This document shows positions 10,109 through 19,993 of a stretch of 64,000 nucleotides of DNA, piece after piece. Position 1 is the stretch's first letter. Each line of letters opens with the position of its first letter. A program made the position numbers and the translations under genes. The notes under the pieces were generated by a model. It saw only the letters and a list, made by a program, of their open reading frames with translations. It did no database searches and was not told the origin of the DNA. Source of the stretch: a bacterium (lineage in GTDB: Bacteria > Electryoneota > RPQS01); contig JADKHW010000006.1 of NCBI GenBank assembly GCA_016721565.1, positions 31,286 to 95,285 of the forward strand, written 5' to 3'.

Positions 10109-10396
10109 ATGTTCCGACCGATCAACAGTGACGATCATACGCGTTTTCGGCCACCAGCTGAACACGTAAAGCAGACCGAAGCGATCTACCGCGGGCAAAA
10201 GCGCGATTTTTCCTACGAAGTCGAGCAAGTCAAAGAAGAATACAAGGAACACCGCGAGCAGCGCGATGAACCGTTCGGCGAGGATACGTTTGAATCGACC
10301 GCTGAACAGGAACAAAACCTGAAGGACGGCGCAGAAGAGCGCGCCAAGAAGGATCGCACACCGCCCGAATCCGGCCATGTTGACGTTCAAATCTAA
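10109..10396 (+). CDS. Hypothetical small acidic protein
   Basis: 95-aa ORF preceded by a strong RBS (GGAGGAAAAGG). Lys/Glu-rich, no known motif. Confidence 0.4.
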   Translation: MFRPINSDDHTRFRPPAEHVKQTEAIYRGQKRDFSYEVEQVKEEYKEHREQRDEPFGEDTFESTAEQEQNLKDGAEERAKKDRTPPESGHVDVQI

Positions 10397-11660
10397 TTTC
10401 AAATTGTGCTTGCTGATGTTGGCCGTTGGAGTTACTTCGGCTAATGCGGCGTCGCTCCTGTCCGTGCGATTTGGATCGCATCAAGGGTTTGACCGTATGG
10501 TTTGTGAATTGTCAAATGCCACCAAGTATGAAGTGAAACAGGCCGAGAATGGCGTCGTTGAACTTCATCTCGACAACGTTGCTGTGAGTGAAAAATTCTT
10601 TCTGCCCAAACTGCCTCCGCAGATCAAACTGCTGACCAGTGTTGAAGCGTTTCTCGAAGGTGATCACAGCATCGTCATAGAAATTCGCGGAACCGAAGCA
10701 CTGTTTGCCAAGACAACTGAGCTGAAAGGTGCCTCGTGGCGCCTCGCGCTTGATTTGTCCAAACAAAGTGAACAGCCTACCGAGCCTGCGCACGTTGAAC
10801 CGACGACGGCGAAACCTGAAACAACTTCGACGACGAAGCCGCAATTGAAGCATCGCCCCGCGAAGGACGAGCCTGCTCCTTACGTGCCGGGGGACAAACC
10901 GATTGAAACGATTCTTGCCGATAAGCAAGAATCTAAGGAAGAGCCGAAGCTTCTGCACGAAGAGAAGCCTGCCGATGAGCCTGCTGCCCCGAAACACAAG
11001 AAGCCTGCAAAAACGGTGGCAGGGCCACTGCTTACTGCCGATTCGCTGAAAGCGCTTGAGGTACTGGCCGAGTTCTATGATGTGATGGGCGATCAAGATG
11101 CCGCGCGCGAGTATGCTCGTCTCTATCTTGATAAAGTTGACAGCGGCGGATCATTCCCGAAGAAGGAAGCCGAGCAAACGGCGACATGGCCGATTTGGAT
11201 TTTGGTAGCAATCGCGTTTGCCGCAGGTATTGCAGGTGGTATTATTGGGAATCGTTTGCGCATGCCTAAAGGATCCCCGAGCATGCCGAAGTTTAGGTTG
11301 TCGTCGTTAAAGCTTCCCAAGTTTGGAAAGCGTAAAGATAAGGCAGAAGAGCTTTCCGAAGACCTCAACAAACTGGATCGCGCTGTCGCTTCTGAAAAGC
11401 ACAAGACTAATTTGAAACCTCAGCCGAAACAGGCCGCATTCAAAGCTGAAGTCCCTGCCGAAATTGTGAAAGATGCAGAAGAAGATTTCCCGGAAGACAC
11501 AAAAGAAAATCTTGAAACGGATATGAAAGAGTCTCTGATGGACCGCCGCGTGAAGCGCGTTATGGAACTCAACAGTCAAAACCGTTCACTTGCTGATATC
11601 GCCAAAGAGCTTGACATGGGCCAAGATGAAGTTAAGCTAATCATTGATCTGAATTCGTAA
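10377..11660 (+). CDS. Exported/membrane protein with AMIN-like N-terminal domain, Pro/Lys-rich linker and one TM helix
   Basis: Signal peptide, AMIN-like segment (LLSVRFGSHQGFDRMVCELSNATKYEVKQAENGVVELHLDNV), low-complexity KP-rich region, TM helix WPIWILVAIAFAAGIAGGIIG. Confidence 0.5.
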   Translation: MLTFKSNFKLCLLMLAVGVTSANAASLLSVRFGSHQGFDRMVCELSNATKYEVKQAENGVVELHLDNVAVSEKFFLPKLPPQIKLLTSVEAFLEGDHSIVIEIRGTEALFAKTTELKGASWRLALDLSKQSEQPTEPAHVEPTTAKPETTSTTKPQLKHRPAKDEPAPYVPGDKPIETILADKQESKEEPKLLHEEKPADEPAAPKHKKPAKTVAGPLLTADSLKALEVLAEFYDVMGDQDAAREYARLYLDKVDSGGSFPKKEAEQTATWPIWILVAIAFAAGIAGGIIGNRLRMPKGSPSMPKFRLSSLKLPKFGKRKDKAEELSEDLNKLDRAVASEKHKTNLKPQPKQAAFKAEVPAEIVKDAEEDFPEDTKENLETDMKESLMDRRVKRVMELNSQNRSLADIAKELDMGQDEVKLIIDLNS

Positions 11661-11668
11661 GGTTAATC

Positions 11669-11920
11669 GTGCTACATACTCAAGTCCCGTTGCGCGTCGG
11701 CGAAATCGTCACTGCGCGTGTCCGTCGAAAACTGTCTGAAACTCGTGTGATGATTGACCTCAAAGGCCGGATGCTTGTGGCTGATCCTGAGCAAACCGTA
11801 TCAGTTGGAGACCCCATTACTGTCCAAGTTCTTGCAATTTCTCCGCGCATTCGTCTGCGTCTCTTGACCACGCCCCAAACCGCTCCGGCTGGTAGCTTCC
11901 CGCTCGATCTCCGCACCTAA
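11669..11920 (+). CDS. Hypothetical 83-aa protein
   Basis: ORF only. In a flagellar context but with no recognisable motif. Confidence 0.3.
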   Translation: MLHTQVPLRVGEIVTARVRRKLSETRVMIDLKGRMLVADPEQTVSVGDPITVQVLAISPRIRLRLLTTPQTAPAGSFPLDLRT

Positions 11921-12070
11921 ACCTCGTTCTGCCCGCCTTTTTTGCCTACGGCAGTTTGTGCCTGAGTACCCCGCTTCCTCTGTCAATTTTCTCCAACATC
12001 TTTCTTTGTAAGTTGTTATATAATAGCATCTTTGAAATGTTCGCATTTTGCATGAACATGCTATAGCGTC

Positions 12071-12086
12071 TGGCACCATCCTTGCA
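12071..12086 (+). promoter_or_regulatory. sigma54 (RpoN) -24/-12 promoter upstream of flgF
   Basis: TGGCAC-CATCC-TTGCA is an exact match to the TGGCAC-N5-TTGCW consensus. It lies 30 nt upstream of the flgF ATG in a 195-bp intergenic region. Confidence 0.65.
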
Positions 12087-12115
12087 GAGATATTGCTCCG
12101 GATACTATAACCTCT

Positions 12116-12838
12116 ATGATCAAAGGCATCTACAACTCCGGAGCGGCCATGCGTGCAGGTACCCTGCGCCAGGACGTGACCGCCAACAATCTGGCCAACG
12201 CTTCGACTGTCGGCTTTAAGCAAGAACGCTTCGTTCTCGAGCAAAAAGTCGATGGCAAGAACGTCGGAGATTCGCGCAATCTGCTTGAGGCTGTAAAAGC
12301 ATCGAGCTACGTGAATTTCAGCTCTGGGCCGCTCGAATCCACAGAGGCACCGCTCGACTTTGCATTGCAGGGTCCGGGCTTTTTCACGCTCGCGGACGAT
12401 GAAGGCACCTATTACACACGCAATGGCAGATTTGATCGCAACTCTGACGGCATGCTGGTCGATGCGCAGGGTCGTCGTCTGCAAGGCGTTGGCGGCGACA
12501 TCACACTTCCGCCCGGAATTGTAACCCTTACCGATGACGGCAACATTAGCGTCGACGGCATGACCATCGACAAACTGCGCGTAGTTGAATTCACCGACAC
12601 GGGTGCGTTGGTCAAAAAAGGAGACAGCCTGTTCACCGATCCCAACAGCGCAGCAGGAGAGCAGCAAGTTCTGCGCACTAGCGTCGCGCAAGGATTTCTT
12701 GAACAATCCAACGTCGATGCCGTGCGCGAGATGATTGAAATGATTACCAACTCCCGCACCTACGAAGCAAGTTCCCGACTCATGTCGGCGCAAGACCAAA
12801 CCCTGAACCACGTTGTTAACGACATTGGCCGAGTCTAA
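12116..12838 (+). CDS. flgF: Flagellar basal-body rod protein FlgF
   Basis: N-terminal rod motif (TANNLANASTVGFK) and C-terminal flg_bbr_C-like region. 240 aa. Confidence 0.8.
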   Translation: MIKGIYNSGAAMRAGTLRQDVTANNLANASTVGFKQERFVLEQKVDGKNVGDSRNLLEAVKASSYVNFSSGPLESTEAPLDFALQGPGFFTLADDEGTYYTRNGRFDRNSDGMLVDAQGRRLQGVGGDITLPPGIVTLTDDGNISVDGMTIDKLRVVEFTDTGALVKKGDSLFTDPNSAAGEQQVLRTSVAQGFLEQSNVDAVREMIEMITNSRTYEASSRLMSAQDQTLNHVVNDIGRV

Positions 12839-12850
12839 AGGTAACACTCC

Positions 12851-13636
12851 ATGATCAAAGCACTCTACACGTCCGCTTCCGGTATGCAGGCACAGCAACG
12901 AAATCTCGACAACACGGCGAGCAACATTGCCAATGCCAACACGACCGGTTATAAGCGCAGCCGCATCGAGTTTCAGGATCTCATTTACGAAAATATCCGC
13001 ATTCCGTCCGCGACGGATCAAGGCACAACGCTGCCTGTTCCATTGCAAATTGGTGGCGGTACGCGCGTGGTTGCCAGTGTCAAGAATTTTGAAACCGGTG
13101 CTCCACAAGAGACCGGCAACCCACTCGACCTGATGATCCGCGGCGACGGTTTCTTTCAGGTACTGATGCCGAATGGCGTTGTTGGTTTCACGCGCGACGG
13201 TGCATGGAAGATGACAGCTGAAGGTCAATTTGTGAATGCACAAGGTCTGCCGATGGAGCCGCCGATCAATATCCCGACCGATGCGTCGTCTGTCATGATT
13301 TCGCCCGAAGGCAAAGTTTCCGTCATGACGCAGGGCAACAGCACGCCGTCGGAAATTGGGCAGATTGAACTCGTGCGCTTCGTGAATCCCGCAGGCCTAT
13401 TGAATGACGGTGGTAATGTGTACACGCAAACGGTATCTTCCGGTGATCCGCTGTCGGCAACGCCGGGTTCCAACGGCACCGGCACAGTTGAGCAAGGATA
13501 TCTTGAAGCCTCGAACGTGAAGATCGTCAATGAAATGATCAATCTTATTACGGCACAGCGCGGTTATGAATTGAACTCACGCGCCATTCGCACCGCCGAT
13601 GATATGATCAGCATTGCAACACAATTGAAGCGGTAA
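12851..13636 (+). CDS. flgG: Flagellar basal-body distal rod protein FlgG
   Basis: MIKALYTSASGMQAQQRNLDNTASNIANANTTGYKR...GYLEASNVKIVNEMINLITAQRGYELNSRAI. Canonical FlgG. Confidence 0.9.
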   Translation: MIKALYTSASGMQAQQRNLDNTASNIANANTTGYKRSRIEFQDLIYENIRIPSATDQGTTLPVPLQIGGGTRVVASVKNFETGAPQETGNPLDLMIRGDGFFQVLMPNGVVGFTRDGAWKMTAEGQFVNAQGLPMEPPINIPTDASSVMISPEGKVSVMTQGNSTPSEIGQIELVRFVNPAGLLNDGGNVYTQTVSSGDPLSATPGSNGTGTVEQGYLEASNVKIVNEMINLITAQRGYELNSRAIRTADDMISIATQLKR

Positions 13637-14307
13637 TGAGACTCGGGCTGTTACTTTCGTTTAGCCTGTTAACCACGATGAGCAACGCGCAGAATTATCC
13701 CACGCTTGAAAAGATAATAGCCGCTACGTGGGTGCCGCATCACGTCACTTGCAAATGGGAACCAATGTTCGGTGACCCGGCCGCTCTTGACAAACTGAAA
13801 GACGTCGAAGTTGTCGGCGAGCTTGATGATTTTGCCAGCGGTCTCTTGACCTTGACTCTCAAAGGCTTAGACGAAAAGGGTGGAGCGCATTGCTTGACGC
13901 TTAAGGGCCGAGCGCGCATATTCAGGCAGGCTTACAGCGTGGCTTCACGAGTGAAAATCGGTAAAGAAATCAAATTAGCAATGTTGACGTCGCTCACTTG
14001 TGAGTGGAGCAACTTACGCGCAATGGCCCTGCTTGATGCTGGCGCAATCGTAGGCAAATACGCTGTGAGGCCGCTTGTGCCGGGCCGTGTAATACTGGCT
14101 AGTGACGTTCGCCCTAAGACTCTCGTGCGCAGCGGTGAACCCGTGACCATCTACTATGAGCAGGGTGGAGTGACTGTGAAAGTTGAAGGCGTGGCCATGA
14201 AAGACGGCGGAATCGGAGAGACGATTCCCGTGCGCGTGCCTGAAGTGGAGAAGAACAGACTTGAAGGAGTCATACAAAATGATGCGACGCTGCGTTGGAT
14301 TCCTTAG
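13636..14307 (+). CDS. flgA: Flagellar P-ring assembly chaperone FlgA
   Basis: Signal peptide and C-terminal SAF domain (GETIPVRV). TAATG overlap with flgG. Confidence 0.75.
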   Translation: MRLGLLLSFSLLTTMSNAQNYPTLEKIIAATWVPHHVTCKWEPMFGDPAALDKLKDVEVVGELDDFASGLLTLTLKGLDEKGGAHCLTLKGRARIFRQAYSVASRVKIGKEIKLAMLTSLTCEWSNLRAMALLDAGAIVGKYAVRPLVPGRVILASDVRPKTLVRSGEPVTIYYEQGGVTVKVEGVAMKDGGIGETIPVRVPEVEKNRLEGVIQNDATLRWIP

Positions 14308-14860
14308 CTTAATCGCGCTGCCGCTGATTCTGCAAGCCTCGGGCGTAACCAAGCGGGGCATTGCGCCATCGTTGTACAGCGATTGCATCGCGCGCAATGT
14401 CGGCGATCAGCTCACAGTTTTGATTATCGAAAATTCGCTCGCCTCTGCGTCGGCTCGCACGAATACCAAAGGCGAATATGATGCCGAAGTCACCGCAGGC
14501 GGTACGGGTGCGCTTGATTTTATTCCGCTGTTGTCCGGATCAGGATCAACCAAGAGCGAACACAAGGGCACCGGCACCACGACACGCCAAGGTACACTGC
14601 GTGCGAGCGTTGTCAGCCGCGTTATTGAAGTTCTGCCGAATGGTGACTTGCGCATTGAAGGCGAGAAGTCGATCATCATCAACGGCGAAAAACAGTTGAC
14701 CATTCTGTCGGGAACGGTTCGACAAAAGGATATCACTCCGCAGAACACAATTACCTCCGACTTGATTGGTGACGCCGAAATCTCATACAAGGGTAAAGGC
14801 GTGCTAGCCAATACAGAGCGCCCGGGAATTATTGCGCGCATATTCGATTGGATCTTCTAA
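14261..14860 (+). CDS. flgH: Flagellar L-ring protein FlgH (alternative start 14279)
   Basis: FlgH family core (GDQLTVLIIENSLASASARTNTKG...LRIEGEKSIIINGEKQLTILSGTVRQKDI). Confidence 0.85.
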   Translation: MKESYKMMRRCVGFLSLIALPLILQASGVTKRGIAPSLYSDCIARNVGDQLTVLIIENSLASASARTNTKGEYDAEVTAGGTGALDFIPLLSGSGSTKSEHKGTGTTTRQGTLRASVVSRVIEVLPNGDLRIEGEKSIIINGEKQLTILSGTVRQKDITPQNTITSDLIGDAEISYKGKGVLANTERPGIIARIFDWIF

Positions 14861-15948
14861 TGAGATACAGCGCCCTCACGATACTCCTATCAGCTTGCAC
14901 TGTATTCGCTGGTGTTCGAGTTGGTGATTTGACCAACTATCCAAACAGTACCCCCGTGACGCTTACCGGATACGGTTTGATTGTCGGGCTTGCCGGAACA
15001 GGCGACGGCAGCAAATCCACATTCACTCCGCAGACGTTTGCGAGCATGCTCAAGCAGTTTGGCATTGAAGTCGCTCCCGGCGACCTCAAGTTGAAGAATG
15101 TCGCTGCTGTGATGGTTTCCTGTGAAATGCCTGCAGGCGCAAGACGTGGCTCGCGGATTGACGCGCTTGTTTCGTCGCTTGGTGACGCGACGAGTCTGCA
15201 AGGAGGAACACTTCTGCGAACGGTGTTGAATGATCCGTGGAACAACCCGATTGCTGAAGTGCAAGGCCCTATTTCAATCGGCGGCTTTAATTTTGAAACG
15301 GGCGGATCGCGCGTCTCGCGTAACCATTCAGTTGCAGGTCGTATCCCCGGAGGTACTGTGTTATTCGAAGACGGGCCAGAGCTTCCCGCACCTGCCGATA
15401 GCTTCATGCTTGTTTTGGAACAACCGGATTTGCGGATGGCGGTTAACGTGACAAAAGCGATCAACGCGCTTTACGTAGGTTCGGCTCGCACCGAAGATCC
15501 GTCATCGGTTATCGTGAGCGTTCCCGCGATGTTTGAGTCACAAAGTGATCGCCTCGAGTTTCAATCGATCATCGAAGACGTCGAAGTGGAGCCTGCGGGG
15601 ACGGACAAAATTGTCATCAACGAGCGCACAGGCACGATTGTCGTCGGAACCGCTGTCTCACTCTTGCCAACTGCCATCGCGCACGGAAATTTGACCGTCG
15701 AAATCACCGAGCGCCCCGTGATTAGTCAACCGAATGCGTTCGGGCAGGGCCAGACAATTGTTGAAAAGCAAAGTACGATCACCGTCGAAAATGCGGGCGA
15801 AGGACTAAAAGAAGTTGCCGGAGCCGCATCAGCTGGTGATGTCGCGCGCATGCTCAATTCGCTCGGAGTTACTCCTCGCGATATGATCGCCATTTTTCAA
15901 GGACTCAAAGCCGCAGGCGCCCTGCGCGCAGAATTGGTCATAATCTAA
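14848..15948 (+). CDS. flgI: Flagellar P-ring protein FlgI
   Basis: Signal peptide and conserved LTGYGLIVGLAGTGDG motif. 366 aa. Confidence 0.9.
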   Translation: MDLLMRYSALTILLSACTVFAGVRVGDLTNYPNSTPVTLTGYGLIVGLAGTGDGSKSTFTPQTFASMLKQFGIEVAPGDLKLKNVAAVMVSCEMPAGARRGSRIDALVSSLGDATSLQGGTLLRTVLNDPWNNPIAEVQGPISIGGFNFETGGSRVSRNHSVAGRIPGGTVLFEDGPELPAPADSFMLVLEQPDLRMAVNVTKAINALYVGSARTEDPSSVIVSVPAMFESQSDRLEFQSIIEDVEVEPAGTDKIVINERTGTIVVGTAVSLLPTAIAHGNLTVEITERPVISQPNAFGQGQTIVEKQSTITVENAGEGLKEVAGAASAGDVARMLNSLGVTPRDMIAIFQGLKAAGALRAELVII

Positions 15949-16244
15949 TGAAGATCACTCCGCACAACAACTTTCTTCCCATTGTTAAGATGAAAGACAA
16001 GTCAAACACTCCCGAAGCGCTCAAAGATGCTGCGGAAGGATTTGAAACATTGTTAACGCACCAAATGGTAGAGGAACTGCAAAAGGGCCTCGAAGGCGAA
16101 TCTATGTTTGGCGGCGGAGTTGAAGGAAACACAATCGGAGCAATGGCGGAATGGGAACTTGCGTCCCAGTTGTCAAAATCGCTCGACTTTGGAATTTTGC
16201 AGCAATTGCAGGCGTCCATCGACGCTGAGAAGGGAGACAAATGA
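15948..16244 (+). CDS. flgJ: FlgJ-like rod-binding protein (N-terminal domain only, no muramidase)
   Basis: 98-aa Rod-binding domain pattern (AAEGFETLLTHQMVEELQKG). ATGA overlap with flgI. Confidence 0.6.
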   Translation: MKITPHNNFLPIVKMKDKSNTPEALKDAAEGFETLLTHQMVEELQKGLEGESMFGGGVEGNTIGAMAEWELASQLSKSLDFGILQQLQASIDAEKGDK

Positions 16245-16603
16245 GTCCTGAAGCTCATGACTTTGTGCGCGAACTTGGCGTACTGAAAATTCACATTCAG
16301 CACCTTGAACAAATGTTGCGCAAGAATGAACTGTCCGGCATCGAGGGCGAATCCGCCGAGGTTGAGACGACGCTTGTACGTTTGCTTCGTGCACAACGCG
16401 CTCTGCCGCGCAACGAGCAACAGCAAATGCGCCGCCGATTCGTCGCGCTGCGCCAAGATGCCCTTCGCACCCTCGAAATCTCGCGCCGAATTCTTGATGA
16501 GAGTCTGCGCGCAACCGTTGAGCTAATCGAGACGATTGAAGCCAGCAGCAACTACGACGGACGGCGAGGCGGCCGCTCCATAATGATAGACCGAAAGGCC
16601 TAA
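16241..16603 (+). CDS. Putative FlgN-like export chaperone (or other small helical flagellar protein)
   Basis: 120-aa helical protein immediately upstream of flgK. Assignment is by position and composition only. Confidence 0.35.
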   Translation: MSPEAHDFVRELGVLKIHIQHLEQMLRKNELSGIEGESAEVETTLVRLLRAQRALPRNEQQQMRRRFVALRQDALRTLEISRRILDESLRATVELIETIEASSNYDGRRGGRSIMIDRKA

Positions 16604-16606
16604 TGC

Positions 16607-17986
16607 ATGAGCACACTGTCAAATATCCTTGAACAAGGACGCCGCGCGATCCAAGTGCAGCAGCTTGCCATGCAGGTAATTGGACACAACACGTCCAATG
16701 CTGGCACGGTAGGCTATTCGCGCCGTCGCATTGATTTGGGAACCGCGCCTCCGGGAGCTACCGGAGAGTGGGGCGTAGGCGCCGGCGTGGACATCAACGA
16801 TCTCTCTCGCGTCCGTGATCGCTTGCTCGATCAGCAGATTCGCAGTGGTACGACCGTTTCCTCGTACTGGAGTTCGCGCGAAGACCAGCTTGGTCGTATT
16901 GAAGAGTCATTCAATGCGCTCGGTGACAATAATCTTGGGTCCCTTATGGATAAGTTTTGGCAGGGGTGGCAAGATCTTGCTAATGATCCTGAAAGCATGG
17001 CGCCGCGCTATCAAATGCGTGATCGAGCGAGTGCGTTGGTCGGCGGACTTAAGCGTGTCTATGGCGATCTTCAAGGCCAAATTCAGGAGGTCAATCAGCG
17101 TATCGCAGCTGGCGCAGAGCAAGTCAACGAACTTACTTCCGGGATCGCTGAATTAAATGTGCAAATCGTTGCGGGCGAATTAGGGGGTATGGAGGCCTCT
17201 GACCTTAGAGACTCACGCGACCTGATGGTTGAGCAACTTGCTGGTCTCATGGACATTTCCGTGCAAGAGCAGACGGACGGCACTATCCATGTCTACAGCG
17301 GCGGCAACATAATTGTGCAGCGCGACGTCGCAGTTCCGTTGCGCATCGATCAAGTGGAGACCGATCCGAAGAGCCACGTTGTTTTGACTCTGGGAAGTAC
17401 TTCTTCATCATGGAAACCAGCCGGCGGTGAACTTGGTGCGCTCTTTGAACAACGCGATGTTGAATTGCCGAAGGTCATGGCAGAAATGGATCGCTTCGCT
17501 AGTGAATTCAGTGAAGCAGTCAACGCAATTCATGTGCAAGGCTGGGGCTTAAATGGTTCGCAAGCCCAAGAGTTTTTTGCATCGAACGTTCAAGGCGTAA
17601 ATGACCTTGCAATCTCAAATATGATTATCGAGGACGCAGGACGTATCGCCGCATCGGCGAGTGAAAATGCGCCCGGAGATAACTCGCTCGCGTTGGCAAT
17701 AGCAGGCATCCAGAACCAAACAACGAATTCTGGATACTCAGTTGATGAAATGCTTCGTAACATTCAACTTGAGGCTGGAAGTCGCAGATCGTCAGCAATT
17801 CAACAACGTGATGTCGAAGCGGCAGTGCTGGACAATGCAACCAACCGCCGATTTGCAATCAGCGGTGTAAGCTTGGACGAAGAAATGGCGCGCCTCCTTG
17901 AAACACAAAAGGCCTACGAAGCGGCCGCCAAGATCGTACAGACCGTGGACGAAATGATGCAAACTGTACTCAACATGAAGCAGTAA
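16607..17986 (+). CDS. flgK: Flagellar hook-associated protein 1 FlgK
   Basis: N-terminal flg_bb_rod motif (QQLAMQVIGHNTSNAGTVGYSRR) and C-terminal helical region. 459 aa. Confidence 0.85.
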   Translation: MSTLSNILEQGRRAIQVQQLAMQVIGHNTSNAGTVGYSRRRIDLGTAPPGATGEWGVGAGVDINDLSRVRDRLLDQQIRSGTTVSSYWSSREDQLGRIEESFNALGDNNLGSLMDKFWQGWQDLANDPESMAPRYQMRDRASALVGGLKRVYGDLQGQIQEVNQRIAAGAEQVNELTSGIAELNVQIVAGELGGMEASDLRDSRDLMVEQLAGLMDISVQEQTDGTIHVYSGGNIIVQRDVAVPLRIDQVETDPKSHVVLTLGSTSSSWKPAGGELGALFEQRDVELPKVMAEMDRFASEFSEAVNAIHVQGWGLNGSQAQEFFASNVQGVNDLAISNMIIEDAGRIAASASENAPGDNSLALAIAGIQNQTTNSGYSVDEMLRNIQLEAGSRRSSAIQQRDVEAAVLDNATNRRFAISGVSLDEEMARLLETQKAYEAAAKIVQTVDEMMQTVLNMKQ

Positions 17987-17987
17987 T

Positions 17988-18938
17988 ATGCGAGTATCTC
18001 ATCTTCAACAGCATCAGAGTTTTGTGCGCGACGTGGAACAACGTCTGTACAACATGACGCGCATCCAGCAAGAATTGGGCACTGGCAAGCGCATCGAGCA
18101 GCCGTCGGAAGACGTCAATTCGGCAGCGCAAGCTCTCAGTGCTCGATCTCAGCTCGAATCTATTGCGCAGTATCAACGAAACATCGAAAACGGCCAAGGA
18201 TTTGTTTCCGCAGCCGATTCAAAACTGACCTCAATCATTGACTTAGTCAATGAAATCGATGCGCTCGCGCTTTCTGCGGACAACGACCATGTTACTCCAG
18301 AAGATAGGAACTTTGCCGCGCAAGAGATGAATCAGAAGCTTGAATCACTGATGGAATACGCTAACGCTCAATTTGGTGACCGTTATCTATTCGGTGGGCA
18401 TGGAACGACTTCCGCCCCGTTTAACGAAACTCGCGACGCAAACGGGCAAATTACTGATGTTGGCGCAGCGTCCCAGTCAATTGAAGGTCGCATCTATCGC
18501 ATGATCGATGATAAAGAGAACGTCGCTATCAATGTCACCGGCGACCGATTGTTCCAGCCCATCGGTGAAGACAATACCTCAAGTGATCTGTTCTACGTTG
18601 TAAAGAGTTTACGGGACACGATTGCAAACAATAACACACCACCCGAAGGTCAGGAAGATACACTCAGCACGGATGTCTTGCGCGAGAACCTCGACGCAAT
18701 TCGCAACAGAATTGTTGAACAGCAAACTTATGTTGGGTCACTGGGTCAAAGGCTTACAAACAAGCTAAGTGAACTTAAGGCAACCGAAATTGATTGGACG
18801 GATCGTTTGGAAGAGGCGCAAGGTTCGGAGATGACGGATCTCGTCAGCAGATTATCGGTGGAAGAGGGAGTCTACAACGCCCTCGTTGCAATTCAATCAC
18901 GTGTACTTAACCGTTCACTCATAGACTATTTGGGTTAA
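17988..18938 (+). CDS. flgL: Flagellar hook-associated protein 3 FlgL
   Basis: Flagellin-like N- and C-termini ([19 protein letters not shown]). 316 aa. Position after flgK. Confidence 0.8.
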   Translation: MRVSHLQQHQSFVRDVEQRLYNMTRIQQELGTGKRIEQPSEDVNSAAQALSARSQLESIAQYQRNIENGQGFVSAADSKLTSIIDLVNEIDALALSADNDHVTPEDRNFAAQEMNQKLESLMEYANAQFGDRYLFGGHGTTSAPFNETRDANGQITDVGAASQSIEGRIYRMIDDKENVAINVTGDRLFQPIGEDNTSSDLFYVVKSLRDTIANNNTPPEGQEDTLSTDVLRENLDAIRNRIVEQQTYVGSLGQRLTNKLSELKATEIDWTDRLEEAQGSEMTDLVSRLSVEEGVYNALVAIQSRVLNRSLIDYLG

Positions 18939-18939
18939 G

Positions 18940-19986
18940 ATGTCTAAGCGCGCACTAATCACCGGAATTACCGGACAAGATGGCAGCTACCTTGCCGAAC
19001 TCTTGCTTGACAAAGGCTACGCCGTCTTCGGAATGGTGCGCCGTTCGAGTACCGAAAATTTTGCACGCATTGAGCATCTGCGCGAGCAATTGCAGCTTGT
19101 GCAAGGAGACTTACTCGATGCAAATTCGCTGGAAAAGGCCCTCAAGGCTTCACAGCCGGATGAAATTTACAACTTGGCTGCGCAGAGCTTCGTGCCCGCT
19201 TCGTGGACACAGCCGATTCTGACGGGCGAGTTCACCGCCTTAGGCGTTGCACGCTTATTGGAGGCGATGCGCACTGTTTGCCCCGAAGCGCGATTCTATC
19301 AGGCTTCGTCATCAGAGATGTTCGGAAAAGTGCTCGAAGTTCCGCAAAGCGAAACAACACCGTTCTATCCTCGTAGCCCTTACGGTGTCGCAAAAGTTTA
19401 TGGACACTATATTACTGTGAACATGCGCGAGTCGTACAATCTTTTTGCCGTAAACGGCATCCTGTTCAATCATGAGTCGCCGCGCCGCGGCCTTGAATTT
19501 GTAACGCGCAAAGTCACGAGATCCGTTGCTGCGATCAAGCTTGGGTTGCAGAAGCATCTGGAGCTGGGCAATCTCGATGCGCGTCGTGATTGGGGTTTTG
19601 CGGGTGACTATGTCGATGCGATGTGGCGCATGCTTCAGCAAAGCATGCCCGATGATTTCGTGGTTGCGACCGGCGTGACACACAGTGTTCGAGAATTCGT
19701 CGATGCGGCGTTCGCAACTGTTGATCTTGATCCTGAAGCGCACATCCGGATTCGTGCAGATCTAATTCGCCCGGCCGAAGTTGATCTTTTAGTTGGTGAC
19801 CCAAGCAAGGCGAAGCGAGATTTGAACTGGGCTCCCAAGATTGATTTTCACGGCTTGGTTGAGATGATGGTCCGTGCTGACTTTGACGACCTTTCGGCAC
19901 AAGATCGCAATGCGCTTCCGGCCCAAGTTTCAGTGGCGCGCCGTCAAGTTGCTCGTAATCTAAAATTTAGAAAAGCAAAAGTGTAA
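18940..19986 (+). CDS. gmd: GDP-mannose 4,6-dehydratase
   Basis: [35 protein letters not shown]...NFARIEHL plus [10 protein letters not shown] catalytic YxxxK. Canonical Gmd. Confidence 0.9.
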   Translation: MSKRALITGITGQDGSYLAELLLDKGYAVFGMVRRSSTENFARIEHLREQLQLVQGDLLDANSLEKALKASQPDEIYNLAAQSFVPASWTQPILTGEFTALGVARLLEAMRTVCPEARFYQASSSEMFGKVLEVPQSETTPFYPRSPYGVAKVYGHYITVNMRESYNLFAVNGILFNHESPRRGLEFVTRKVTRSVAAIKLGLQKHLELGNLDARRDWGFAGDYVDAMWRMLQQSMPDDFVVATGVTHSVREFVDAAFATVDLDPEAHIRIRADLIRPAEVDLLVGDPSKAKRDLNWAPKIDFHGLVEMMVRADFDDLSAQDRNALPAQVSVARRQVARNLKFRKAKV

Positions 19987-19993
19987 CCGAGAC

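Noticed and set aside
11801-13243. 480-aa ORF on the minus strand
   Set aside because: It lies entirely antisense to the well-conserved flgF and flgG genes. It has a Cys/His/Arg-rich unnatural composition and no motif, typical of a shadow ORF in GC-rich coding DNA.
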